Assembly: GCA_024704765.1 (NCBI GenBank)
Contig: JAKMXF010000300.1
Span: forward strand, 434,001-498,000
DNA: 64,000 nucleotides
From: Oopsacas minuta
Taxonomy: Eukaryota > Animalia > Porifera
Direction: 5' to 3'
Each line of letters opens with the position of its first letter. Position 1 is the stretch's first letter. Positions 24,101 through 33,297 of the stretch are shown here, in pieces. The notes beneath the pieces were generated by a model. That model was not told the origin of the DNA and did no database searches. It saw only the letters and a list, made by a program, of their open reading frames with translations. Both the position numbers and the translations under genes were made by a program.

Positions 24101-24400
24101 GGATTTGAAATTAGTGTAACTACATGCATTAAGCTATCTGGTATAGCTAATAGTGTTAGACAAAGATATGGATCTAGTGGAGAGAAGTTCCATCATCACT
24201 CATATCAGTTTGAAATCAGAGCTAAGGATAGAGAGAATCATTTCTCAGTAGCAGTAGATGGAGAAGCTCCTTTCCAGCATCTGGTGAGATTAGTAGTACG
24301 TCCTATGGAGAGTGTGCTATCAAGAGTATCCGACAAGAAACACAGGAAGAGAAGCAAATTGTCAGTTCCTATTATGACCTTTTGGCCAGTAGATTTGTGA
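21153..24400 (+). CDS. PIK3R5: PI3K class IB regulatory subunit p101/p84-like, multi-exon
   Basis: PFYLWPYPHCEIARLALDFTQAEIIAPGIHYTRRIIAEH matches the p101 WPVPYC..C..LL.FI.AEL.APGISYQRLVRAE motif. KIIVIGTDKTIGQVTKAF matches the RVVVFGSDR..GKVARAY motif, and the C-terminal VPIMTF matches LPIMTF. Motifs compared from memory. Confidence 0.75.
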
Positions 24401-24483
24401 ATATATTCAGCATATATTTATATTGTGAATTGAACAGTGAAATATTATTTTAATAATTAATTGCTATAATAGTAAGCAATAAC

Positions 24484-25958
24484 TTACTTGTCTATCATCT
24501 CAATGAATATTCCTTGTCCTATAGTCTTTCTACCTTCTCTTAGAGTAAATCTAACTCCTGTATCAACAGGATATTTGTAATTAAAATCAAACATAACCTC
24601 TCCAGATTCTCCAGGCATCATCATCTTATCCCCACTCAGCTTTGCGTTATAACTCATCTCTACAATACGAGCTGGTATAGTCATCATCTCTACATACATT
24701 ATAGGCTCAAAACCTTGAAATATAGCAGTTTTCCTGCCACCCTCTGCTCCGCTACGGAGATGTATCTTAGCTTTAGCTCTCTGATAGGATTTGAGTTCAT
24801 GCTTCTCAGGACACATAACCATGCCTCTCTGAATTAAATCTGACGTCACTCCTTTAATATTCAGGCCCAATCTATCACCGGCTTCTGCTTGCAATAATGG
24901 CTTCTTGTATTTCTCAATAGAAGCTACAGTTACTTTCTTCCCACCCTTCTTACCATGTAACATAGCCTTGATGCCTTTCCCTAAGAACCCTTCAGCTAAA
25001 TAACCCATAACTATCAAGCCGTGACCTCTGACACTCATATGCTTATCTACATAGAATCTAAATGGCTTATCCATTTCCCTAACAGGTAGAGGTATGTAGC
25101 TATCCATGGTGTCGAGTAGTGTCAAGACTGAGTTCTCTCCTATTTCACTGTTTCTACAAATAAACAATCACACAGTATTTACACCAGAGAATTCAAGTTA
25201 AATAGATGCTACCTTGATTCTAATGCACATATAGCAGAGCCTTTAATGATAGGAACCTCATCACCAGGATACCCATGGTCATTCAATAGATCCCTCACCT
25301 CCAATTCTACCAGCTCTATGATCTCACTGTCTGTAACTAAATCTACTTTATTAAGATACACAACAATATGTCCTACTCCTACTTGTTTAGCTAGCAGCAG
25401 GTGTTCTCTGGTCTGAGGCATACACCCGTCTGTAGCTGATACTACCAGAATACTGCTATTCATTTGTACAGTACCTTGAATAAATATGAATTATATATAT
25501 AAGGAGGTATACACGTATACATAGGAAGTGTTCTTACCAGAAATCATATTCTTAACATAGTCAGCATGACCTGGACAATCTATATGTGAATAACTCCGCT
25601 TAGCAGTCTCGTAGCATAGCATAGCTGTGTTAATTGTAATTCCACGTTTCTGTTCTGCTGGTAGTCCATCTATTTGATTGTAACGCTTGTATTCTGCCAT
25701 CCCTCTCTCTGACAATACTCGAGTTATAGCTGAAGATAGTGTTGTCTTACCATGATCTACATGCCCAATAGTGCCCACATTAATCCATGGTTTAATCTGA
25801 GTACTTTCCAAATGAGTATTAGAGAATACACGGATTTGTGAGAGCAGAGATTTGAAAAGTTTGTTCTTAAAACAAGAATAAGAGCTCCATACAGATATCA
25901 TCACAGAGCTAAGAATTGTAAGATAAATATCCATGATTAAATGAGAAGCTAAGAACAT
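24484..25958 (-). CDS. TUFM: Mitochondrial-type elongation factor Tu, divergent domain II (3 exons; start codon uncertain, 25958-26003)
   Basis: [72 protein letters not shown] and [14 protein letters not shown]. There is an N-terminal presequence-like extension and no domain IV. Confidence 0.9.
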
Positions 25959-26037
25959 TAAAATGAGTATGCAAGAAATATTACAAATTAAATAACTGTA
26001 CAAAGTGTGAGCACAATACTCAAGTTAAAATACCGAT

Positions 26038-28431
26038 TCATGGATCTTGCTTTTTATCCAATTTGTCTAACAAAGCCTCTCCCAATATCTTAGCAGTTAC
26101 TTCATGTCCTTCTTCTATCATATTCTTGACTAACCTACCCTCTTTAGATCCGATATAAACCGCAGGAATAATCAAACTATCCTTAGATATCTCAGGGTCT
26201 GCACTCATGGTAATCAGCTTACTATTATTCTCTTTAGAATCATCATATATAATAGCTCCAATTGCTCCAGCATTCTGTGCATTAATAGCTTTCTCCTGGA
26301 ACAGACAACCTCCCCTCTCAATTAATGCGATCCTTCCTGACAAATCCACAGCTGTTACGTCACAACCTTTCAATGGGCTATACACAGCTAGAGGACCTCC
26401 TACAAAGCTTCCTACTGCAAGAGCCCTCCCGAACATAGCGGCACCCGCCAGACTAACAATCTCTGTATCAGTCCCCTCATTGAATACAACAGACCTGAAG
26501 TTAACATTAGAGTTAATTAATACTCCATTCCCGTCTCTAGCTGTTTCAGCTAGCTTTATTAACTCCTGCATCAGCTGGGTACCTGCAGCACTCAGCTGTT
26601 GCGAGTGAGCACCAGCTGGATTATATACTAACTGTAAATTCCCATTTTGTTGCTGTTGAATAGAGATACCCATCTGAGTAAGTAATTGCCTATGAGATTC
26701 AGATGCTAGGTCCAATTCATGAGCTGATAGTTGTGGACTACCTGCTTTATCAGTACAAAGATCTTGAGGCTTCTCATCCATGGTTACAGGTAGATCTCTA
26801 ATCAGATTCCTGTATAATTCGAGGGAGCGTAGCTCATCTAAACACTTCTCTTCTGTTAACCCTAATCCCTTACTACTCCCTTCTTTGGTAGATAGAGACA
26901 GAGGGAGGAGATGAGCCTCCGTAGTGAATATAAACTCATCTATGTTGATAGGAAGATCACCCTCCTCACTGAACAACAAGTATAAATACTTGAGTGTCTC
27001 TGCAAGAACAAAACTATCCATCCTATCTGCTAGTTTCTTACTCTTAACATCTTCAAAAGCAGCAAGACCACATTCTACTTTAGCATATTTCTCTAAAACC
27101 TCCAAAGTCTTCCTCCCAATCTCTAGATACATAGAGCTCCTGGTAGCTTGGTATAAGAATAAGGTCGATTCTATGAACTCAGGTCTGAGATGGTGTTGAC
27201 CCCAGTGAACTCCTAAATCAAAGTTATATGCTTCAGGTAACACCTCCCATTTATCCACAACCTGCAGGAACCCTTGATATACCCTCCTAGCTCCCCATAC
27301 ATCCCCTGCTAACACCTGTAGCCCTGGCCAGAATGCAGCTAGAGAATCAGCATATGATCTAATAGGACGTGATGGATTATCCATACTAACCTGTACCATA
27401 TGCATACCTCTACGTACATACTTTTCTATGCTGATATAGTGCTCATTGAACATATCCCAGTAATCGCGGTCTCCAAATAGAATATAGCCTTTCAGAAGGT
27501 ACTCAAAGTACGAGTCTAGTCCAGCTCCCACCCCGCTGTCTGTCCGTAGCCATTTACCATTCTCCACGTCTATAACAGATCCTACTAGGTGAGTCTTAGC
27601 GTCTCTCCTTAACCATATGGAGTGTAACACTTCTTTAGCCTTTCTCTCCCATAAAGGGTTACCTGTGAGGCGAGATAGAGCTCCAAACTCTAGAAGTAGA
27701 GTACCAGCACAAGCTGTACATGTACTACGGGTAACAGTACCTCTCCCATCTGTACCAACTACTCGTCCTGTCTTGAGGTTAATCAGAGGGTAGGGGATAC
27801 CTGTCTCACTGTAGAATGCAGGGATCAATCTGTGAGCTACCTCTGTACTCATCTCTAACAGTTCCCCTCGGTACCAAGCTACCTCTCCGTGTCCTCTAGC
27901 CTTGAGGTGCTCTGCTAGCACGTGACCAGATAACAACCCTCCTAACACCCGGATATTAGTCTCAAACACAGAGACAGAGAGATTAGCATTGAAGGTTACT
28001 TGTCTAATCACTCTCCTGATTGCATAGCTAAACTCCTGGATCTGTCCCATGAGAGCTAGTGTGTCCAGGGTGTCGATGAGTGTAAGAGAGAAGTTACCAA
28101 GAGCCTCATCTACATCTCCTCTAGAAGGAGTAACACCTCTATTTCTACCAGAACAAGAGAGAGGCATTAATTCATCATAAGGATAAGCATGTAGCATGTA
28201 CGCGGTGTATGTATGGTTGAATAGAGCTTGTACTCTATCACGTAGATCTTCCTTATAACTAGAAGTTAGTGTGACATCTGTATGTGATGTGTTAAGAGAT
28301 GAGAGGTCGTTAACTATCTTATTTATATGAGGTAAGTCTGCTTTATGATGTAATCTAGATCCTGTATCTGAGCTGGAGACAGGGTGCAAGAGGATCAGTA
28401 GGATCAGGACCATCAGATAGGGGAGATGCAT
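26038..28431 (-). CDS. EDEM3: EDEM3-like GH47 alpha-1,2-mannosidase with PA domain, intronless
   Basis: Signal peptide, YMLHAYPYDELMPLSC, GNFSLTLIDTLDTL, SVFETNIRVLGGLLSGH, CTACAGTLLLEF, DSYFEYLLK, LRPEFIES, DRMDSFVLAETLKYLYLLF and a PA domain (IALIERGGCLFQEKA.NAQ.AGA.GAIIYD). Confidence 0.95.
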   Translation of the reverse strand: MHLPYLMVLILLILLHPVSSSDTGSRLHHKADLPHINKIVNDLSSLNTSHTDVTLTSSYKEDLRDRVQALFNHTYTAYMLHAYPYDELMPLSCSGRNRGVTPSRGDVDEALGNFSLTLIDTLDTLALMGQIQEFSYAIRRVIRQVTFNANLSVSVFETNIRVLGGLLSGHVLAEHLKARGHGEVAWYRGELLEMSTEVAHRLIPAFYSETGIPYPLINLKTGRVVGTDGRGTVTRSTCTACAGTLLLEFGALSRLTGNPLWERKAKEVLHSIWLRRDAKTHLVGSVIDVENGKWLRTDSGVGAGLDSYFEYLLKGYILFGDRDYWDMFNEHYISIEKYVRRGMHMVQVSMDNPSRPIRSYADSLAAFWPGLQVLAGDVWGARRVYQGFLQVVDKWEVLPEAYNFDLGVHWGQHHLRPEFIESTLFLYQATRSSMYLEIGRKTLEVLEKYAKVECGLAAFEDVKSKKLADRMDSFVLAETLKYLYLLFSEEGDLPINIDEFIFTTEAHLLPLSLSTKEGSSKGLGLTEEKCLDELRSLELYRNLIRDLPVTMDEKPQDLCTDKAGSPQLSAHELDLASESHRQLLTQMGISIQQQQNGNLQLVYNPAGAHSQQLSAAGTQLMQELIKLAETARDGNGVLINSNVNFRSVVFNEGTDTEIVSLAGAAMFGRALAVGSFVGGPLAVYSPLKGCDVTAVDLSGRIALIERGGCLFQEKAINAQNAGAIGAIIYDDSKENNSKLITMSADPEISKDSLIIPAVYIGSKEGRLVKNMIEEGHEVTAKILGEALLDKLDKKQDP

Positions 28432-28841
28432 AACTGTATATCGAATCTTAAACTGTATCTACTACAATCTAGGTACACATTCTAATTTGACAAGTATTAT
28501 AAATTTATAATATAAAATATAAGAATGTGCATATATAGGTAAGTGGTTGGTTGTTACGGAGAATACGAATAAACAATAGCGGAATAATATCTCCTTTGTA
28601 TTGTAAAAGTACTAGGAACATCCATGATTGACAAACTTCATTAGAATATCAAAAAACATACCATATTGTAACAACAAACAACATAAGTTACATTACAGAA
28701 GTGAAAAGGATCTCTATACAGGTGTATACACATATAAATCAATTTCATCAATTTACAGTAGCACACATTTTAGAAGTGAATATCTTGGTTATATGGTCAA
28801 TACCTTAAGTGTTGCGGTCGTGTAGTGTAGTAGATGTGTTA

Positions 28842-31800
28842 TTAAACAAGAGTCTGAGACTCTCTCTGCCCCTTCTTAACAGTTTTGTAAAGCTCTAAGC
28901 CTTCTGAATTGATCTTATCAACTGCTTCTGTGATATTTGGTAGTGATGTGTTCTTATGTAGCTCTATGCTGTGCATACGTACGTGACGTGCATGCTGAGG
29001 GAAGTTTGTAGCGAGAGAAGAGGAACGAACTCTTGGTGAAGCTAATTCATCAGAAGCCTGTGAAGAAGCTGAAGAGGAAGAACGAGGGTTGATAGAATCC
29101 ATCTCCTCTACTCCACTATCAAATGTAGGTGTTTCTGTTCTCATAATGCTTGGGGGTCTGTAAGACATCTTGAGCTGATGATGTAGATAGGGATTGATGG
29201 GAGTAACAGATCTGGTCCTGTACTGAGATAATCTATGTTGTACAGGGGGGTTACGTCTAACATGACGGAGAGGAGAGGGGAGACTTGAGTGAGCATGATC
29301 CCGAGTAAAGTAGAGGTGATTAGGATGGAGATGTAGTCTGTGTGTTGTGTAGACAGGAGGCAGTCGTTGAGCTGTCTCAGAGATAGGAGGCATGTCAGAG
29401 GAGTAAGTATGATTATCATTAAAGTTAGTGAAACTAGTCGAGTAGCTCTCTCCGCTCCCATCGAAGGCGAGAGGGTTAGAGTACATGATAGGAAACTCAC
29501 CCTGAGAGGGAGGGGTCGAAGCTGGTCTGGAGAGGAGCTCCTGTGGAGACATCGGTTGGTACAGTCTGTTGGTAGCTGATTTGAAGGTCTGAGGCACTAG
29601 AGATGGAGATAACCTCACAATTGAAGAGGTCAGCTGATCAACTATATGATCTGTATGTTCTGTTAGTACATCTTTCCCTCTATTACCAGACTGTACTGCA
29701 TAGTCATCTCTAGTTTTATCCTTAGTTACATAAGAGTAACATAGGTGTGTGAAGATGCATATGAATACGAGTATCAACATGAACACTAGCATAGGTAGAG
29801 CTCCAAATAGAAATACCTTAGCCCAGATAGGCAGATCTGTGTTAGATAATGCAGTAGGTGTAGTTATGTTATATTCAGTAGTAGTGGAAGTGGGAGTAAG
29901 GGAGCAGTGGGTCCCGTTATACTCTGATTTAACAGAGGTTATATTAAGATCATGCCCCTCAATTGTTATATACTGTCTGAGTATAGATGCTGTAAGCAAG
30001 TGTTGATATGTGACGTCAGTTGATGCTCCGCATAGTGTAAGTATAGCAGCAGGATGATTACTGATATAATCTGTATGACAGTAATGCTCTGTTAAGTTTA
30101 GTTTTGTCTCTGATATATTACATGAGCAATTAGTACGTATCAGCTGTAGGAGAGAATCTTTTATTGGCGTTAGAAGATCTGAGGGTAGCAGAGTACAGTT
30201 GTCTATAAATAAGAGGATAGATAGGTGTGAAGTGGAGGGAAGTGGAGGAGGAGAGTAGGTTATGTCACTGTCAAACGTCACATGAATACATTGTGTAGCT
30301 GTGCGATATAGATCTATTGTGTATACACAACAGAACTGAGACGTGAATAAAGATCCCTGGTTCTGATAGAATATAGATTGTAGATCTATAGAAATATACT
30401 CGCTAGTGATAGTAATAGCATATGTAAGAGATGTGTTATATATCCATACTGTATCTGATACAAGGAGGTAGTCTGTAGAGAATATAGAGTTATTGAGAGA
30501 GCAGGAGAGAAGGAGAGATTGAGTAGAAATATTAGTGGCTGTTAACAATAGATTATCAGCTTGTGTGTATAGAGATAGAGAAGAGAGTTTGAATAACAGC
30601 GAGATAATATCATCAGTAAATGCCATAACATGTACACTCAAACTTGTCTGTTTACTACCAGCCTCATTACCAGCTATACACGTGTAGTTACCAGATACGC
30701 TAGTAGTTATGTTATAGAGAGAAAGTGTGTTGTTATCAGAACAGACCTCTGAGGGACAGCTAGATACTCTTACCCACTCAGGAGATATAGTTACAGGGAT
30801 ACTATCATTCTTCAGTAAGCAGTCCACCTGTAGCCATGACCCCTCCCATAGGAACAAGATATTTTGATGAGATAGCTCTAAGTCTGGAGTAGATAGTGTC
30901 ATAACAAATAGCATAGAAGTAGCTGTCTGTCCCTCTGTCATATATTCTACTATAATACTACCAGAGTGTATATCTTGTAAATCAATGAGAGAGATAGAAT
31001 AATACTCATTCTCTTCATTGATACTCCAACCTTTCTCTGTTATATCCTGCTGTGTACTGTTAATAGTATAACTCCAGGATATTGTGTAGGAGCTCTGTGG
31101 AGGACTGATATAAGTACTAATAGTGATATTACTACCACTAATATAGTACAGAACACCAGATGGTATAGTTATAACCGTAGGGTATATGGTAGTTAAATAT
31201 ATCCAAGTTTCTAGAGAAGATACATCAGATCTGCAATAGAAGAAATCAGGTTGTGGAGTTATGGCTAGAGTTAAGGTAACAAATCCACTAGAAATAGCCT
31301 GACTGATATCAGCATTAGTTTCTTCAGATATTAGAGTATCGCCCTGATACCATTTAACCTTATCTCCTATACACAAGTATACGTAGAGAGGAGAGCCTTG
31401 TAGAATAGTTACAGAGTTACCTGGAGTAAGCTCTATATCGTTGCTACCTGCTTTAAATCTCTGTATACAGAGCTGGGGAGTAACCTGTACCTGAGTACTG
31501 CTAGTAACAGAATCTGTATTACCATATACAGAGAATGTACAGGAGTATCTACCTCCTGTATTTCCATCCACTTGTTTAATCATTAGAGATGTATATGTAT
31601 AGTATGTATAATCAGCTGAGTTGTAGCTCGTATTCCTTGTGATAATATAATCTAATCCTGTAGACAGGGTAGTCTGTGAACCTGATGATTTATAACTCCA
31701 TTCCACTGGTACATAAGGATCTCCTGTTACAGCACATGACAGAGTAGCACTCTTGCATTCTATCACATCAGTAGTGTTAGACAGAGGAGTTACTAACTGC

Positions 31801-32444
31801 GGGGTTACATGTACTATTACTGTCAGTATTTCATTGGTTGATGAACCCTGTGACGTCGCTTCAAATGAATAGTTAGTGATAGAATATTGGTCACTAACTG
31901 GTACTTCACACCCAAAACAACCTATTTTTCCCTGTGATGAGCATAACGTCATATCTACACCTTCGGTACTCCAGCTCAATGCTAAACTACTCTGTAGAGA
32001 CGGATAAGCAGACACACAAGCAGATAGTAAGACAGTAGTATCTCCTAACACATTATATCTCTGTGGATTTGGTACAATAGCTATATCGTCAGCTGTAACA
32101 TATATAACCTGTTCCTCTCCGTTTGAGGAGCATGTGTAGTAAGCTGAATTAGCAGATGAGAAAGGATTTATAAGTGCTGTTGCTCCTGCAGGGTGTGAGT
32201 CTATGAGAGGATACTTGGTAGAGCTTGTACCCCACTCTACGTCAGGGGAACTGGTACAATTCAGCAGAAGTCTAGCCCCGGGGGGAACACAAAGTATATT
32301 CTCTACCAATGATATTGTGAGAATATCATTATAAGTAATTTCTGATGTAATTGTAACTGAAGGGCTAGTTGGGATTATTTGCGTGATTAAAGTGAGGAGG
32401 AGGGGGATGGAGAGGGCGATCTTCTGAGGAGTAGGAAATTTCAT
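28842..32444 (-). CDS. Type I membrane Ig-superfamily receptor/adhesion protein (1200 aa), intronless
   Basis: Signal peptide and several Ig C...W...Y.C units (LNC..VEW..YYTC; LSCAVTG..VEWSY..GRYSC; VDC..PEW..GNYTCIAGN). TM segment IWAKVFLFGALPMLVFMLILVFICIF, then a Ser/Pro-rich tail ending ESQTLV. Confidence 0.85.
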   Translation of the reverse strand: MKFPTPQKIALSIPLLLTLITQIIPTSPSVTITSEITYNDILTISLVENILCVPPGARLLLNCTSSPDVEWGTSSTKYPLIDSHPAGATALINPFSSANSAYYTCSSNGEEQVIYVTADDIAIVPNPQRYNVLGDTTVLLSACVSAYPSLQSSLALSWSTEGVDMTLCSSQGKIGCFGCEVPVSDQYSITNYSFEATSQGSSTNEILTVIVHVTPQLVTPLSNTTDVIECKSATLSCAVTGDPYVPVEWSYKSSGSQTTLSTGLDYIITRNTSYNSADYTYYTYTSLMIKQVDGNTGGRYSCTFSVYGNTDSVTSSTQVQVTPQLCIQRFKAGSNDIELTPGNSVTILQGSPLYVYLCIGDKVKWYQGDTLISEETNADISQAISSGFVTLTLAITPQPDFFYCRSDVSSLETWIYLTTIYPTVITIPSGVLYYISGSNITISTYISPPQSSYTISWSYTINSTQQDITEKGWSINEENEYYSISLIDLQDIHSGSIIVEYMTEGQTATSMLFVMTLSTPDLELSHQNILFLWEGSWLQVDCLLKNDSIPVTISPEWVRVSSCPSEVCSDNNTLSLYNITTSVSGNYTCIAGNEAGSKQTSLSVHVMAFTDDIISLLFKLSSLSLYTQADNLLLTATNISTQSLLLSCSLNNSIFSTDYLLVSDTVWIYNTSLTYAITITSEYISIDLQSIFYQNQGSLFTSQFCCVYTIDLYRTATQCIHVTFDSDITYSPPPLPSTSHLSILLFIDNCTLLPSDLLTPIKDSLLQLIRTNCSCNISETKLNLTEHYCHTDYISNHPAAILTLCGASTDVTYQHLLTASILRQYITIEGHDLNITSVKSEYNGTHCSLTPTSTTTEYNITTPTALSNTDLPIWAKVFLFGALPMLVFMLILVFICIFTHLCYSYVTKDKTRDDYAVQSGNRGKDVLTEHTDHIVDQLTSSIVRLSPSLVPQTFKSATNRLYQPMSPQELLSRPASTPPSQGEFPIMYSNPLAFDGSGESYSTSFTNFNDNHTYSSDMPPISETAQRLPPVYTTHRLHLHPNHLYFTRDHAHSSLPSPLRHVRRNPPVQHRLSQYRTRSVTPINPYLHHQLKMSYRPPSIMRTETPTFDSGVEEMDSINPRSSSSASSQASDELASPRVRSSSLATNFPQHARHVRMHSIELHKNTSLPNITEAVDKINSEGLELYKTVKKGQRESQTLV

Positions 32445-32518
32445 TGGAATATCTTAATTTCTAGCTAGCTAATAAAAGCATTTATATATAAGAACTGAGA
32501 TGCTCGTTAGTTCCTACA

Positions 32519-32526
32519 TGACGTAA
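32519..32526. promoter_or_regulatory. CRE/ATF-like site (TGACGTAA) about 75 bp upstream of the Ig-receptor ATG
   Basis: Consensus match and position only. Confidence 0.3.
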
Positions 32527-33297
32527 CTATAATTAGATGAAAGAATACATTTGGGAGATGATAAATAATGAGAAGTCGTGCCTCACGCTGTTATCAGTAA
32601 GGTGCATAACATATATTATTAGGGAAATGCATCATCGACTAATTTATAGTCGTGTTGGTTGAAATTTTGCGAAACCAACTAAAATTCGAAGGATAATGCT
32701 TCAAGGATCATTGGCACATATGACATTGAGTCTGCACAAAGGTTCTCATACATTCCGCACATAACTTAATCTATAATTGGTTTCAGCACAAAAGAAGAAA
32801 GAGGAATGAAATCAACTGCTGGCGCTGCTGCCGAGATGTTTATAGGCAATTTTAAGAAACCTACAAAGCCTGATATTCTCCGTACAAAAGAAATTTAATT
32901 AGCAAACAGATGCGATCAATCCCTCTAGTTAGAAGATAAACTGAACTCTGCTATCTCCACAGATGATAGAAAGTTGATGCAATAGATGTAGAGTTTCTTA
33001 AAAAAAATTAATTTCTAAGCTAAATTACAATATCATTCACAAAAGTGGTCACTCAATTAAAAGTTTCATAATCATTACATGACAAAGCCTTATTTGCGGA
33101 ATATAACATAAACCCTGTTAAAATATACTAATGCAATAATTAAAAGGTATATTCTCTTGGTATATAGCAATGAATCATTAAAATTTAAATATTAACAGAG
33201 AAAGTCATTCAAAATATTTACATAAAATATGTTATACAAAAGTTACAAAAGAAGTAAAGTATTCTAGCATTATTGAAATGCTGGGAATATTAATAAG

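Noticed and set aside
24484-25958. Calling the EF-Tu gene SelB/eEFSec
   Set aside because: Domains I and III carry EF-Tu-specific motifs and the ORF stops after domain III with no domain IV. Only the domain II pocket is SelB-like.
26207-27199. Plus-strand ORFs antisense to EDEM3, and similar shadow ORFs at 14523-14951, 19954-20271, 47120-47464 and 57039-57482
   Set aside because: They are antisense shadows of real genes, rich in Ser/Leu/Ile, with no recognisable motifs.
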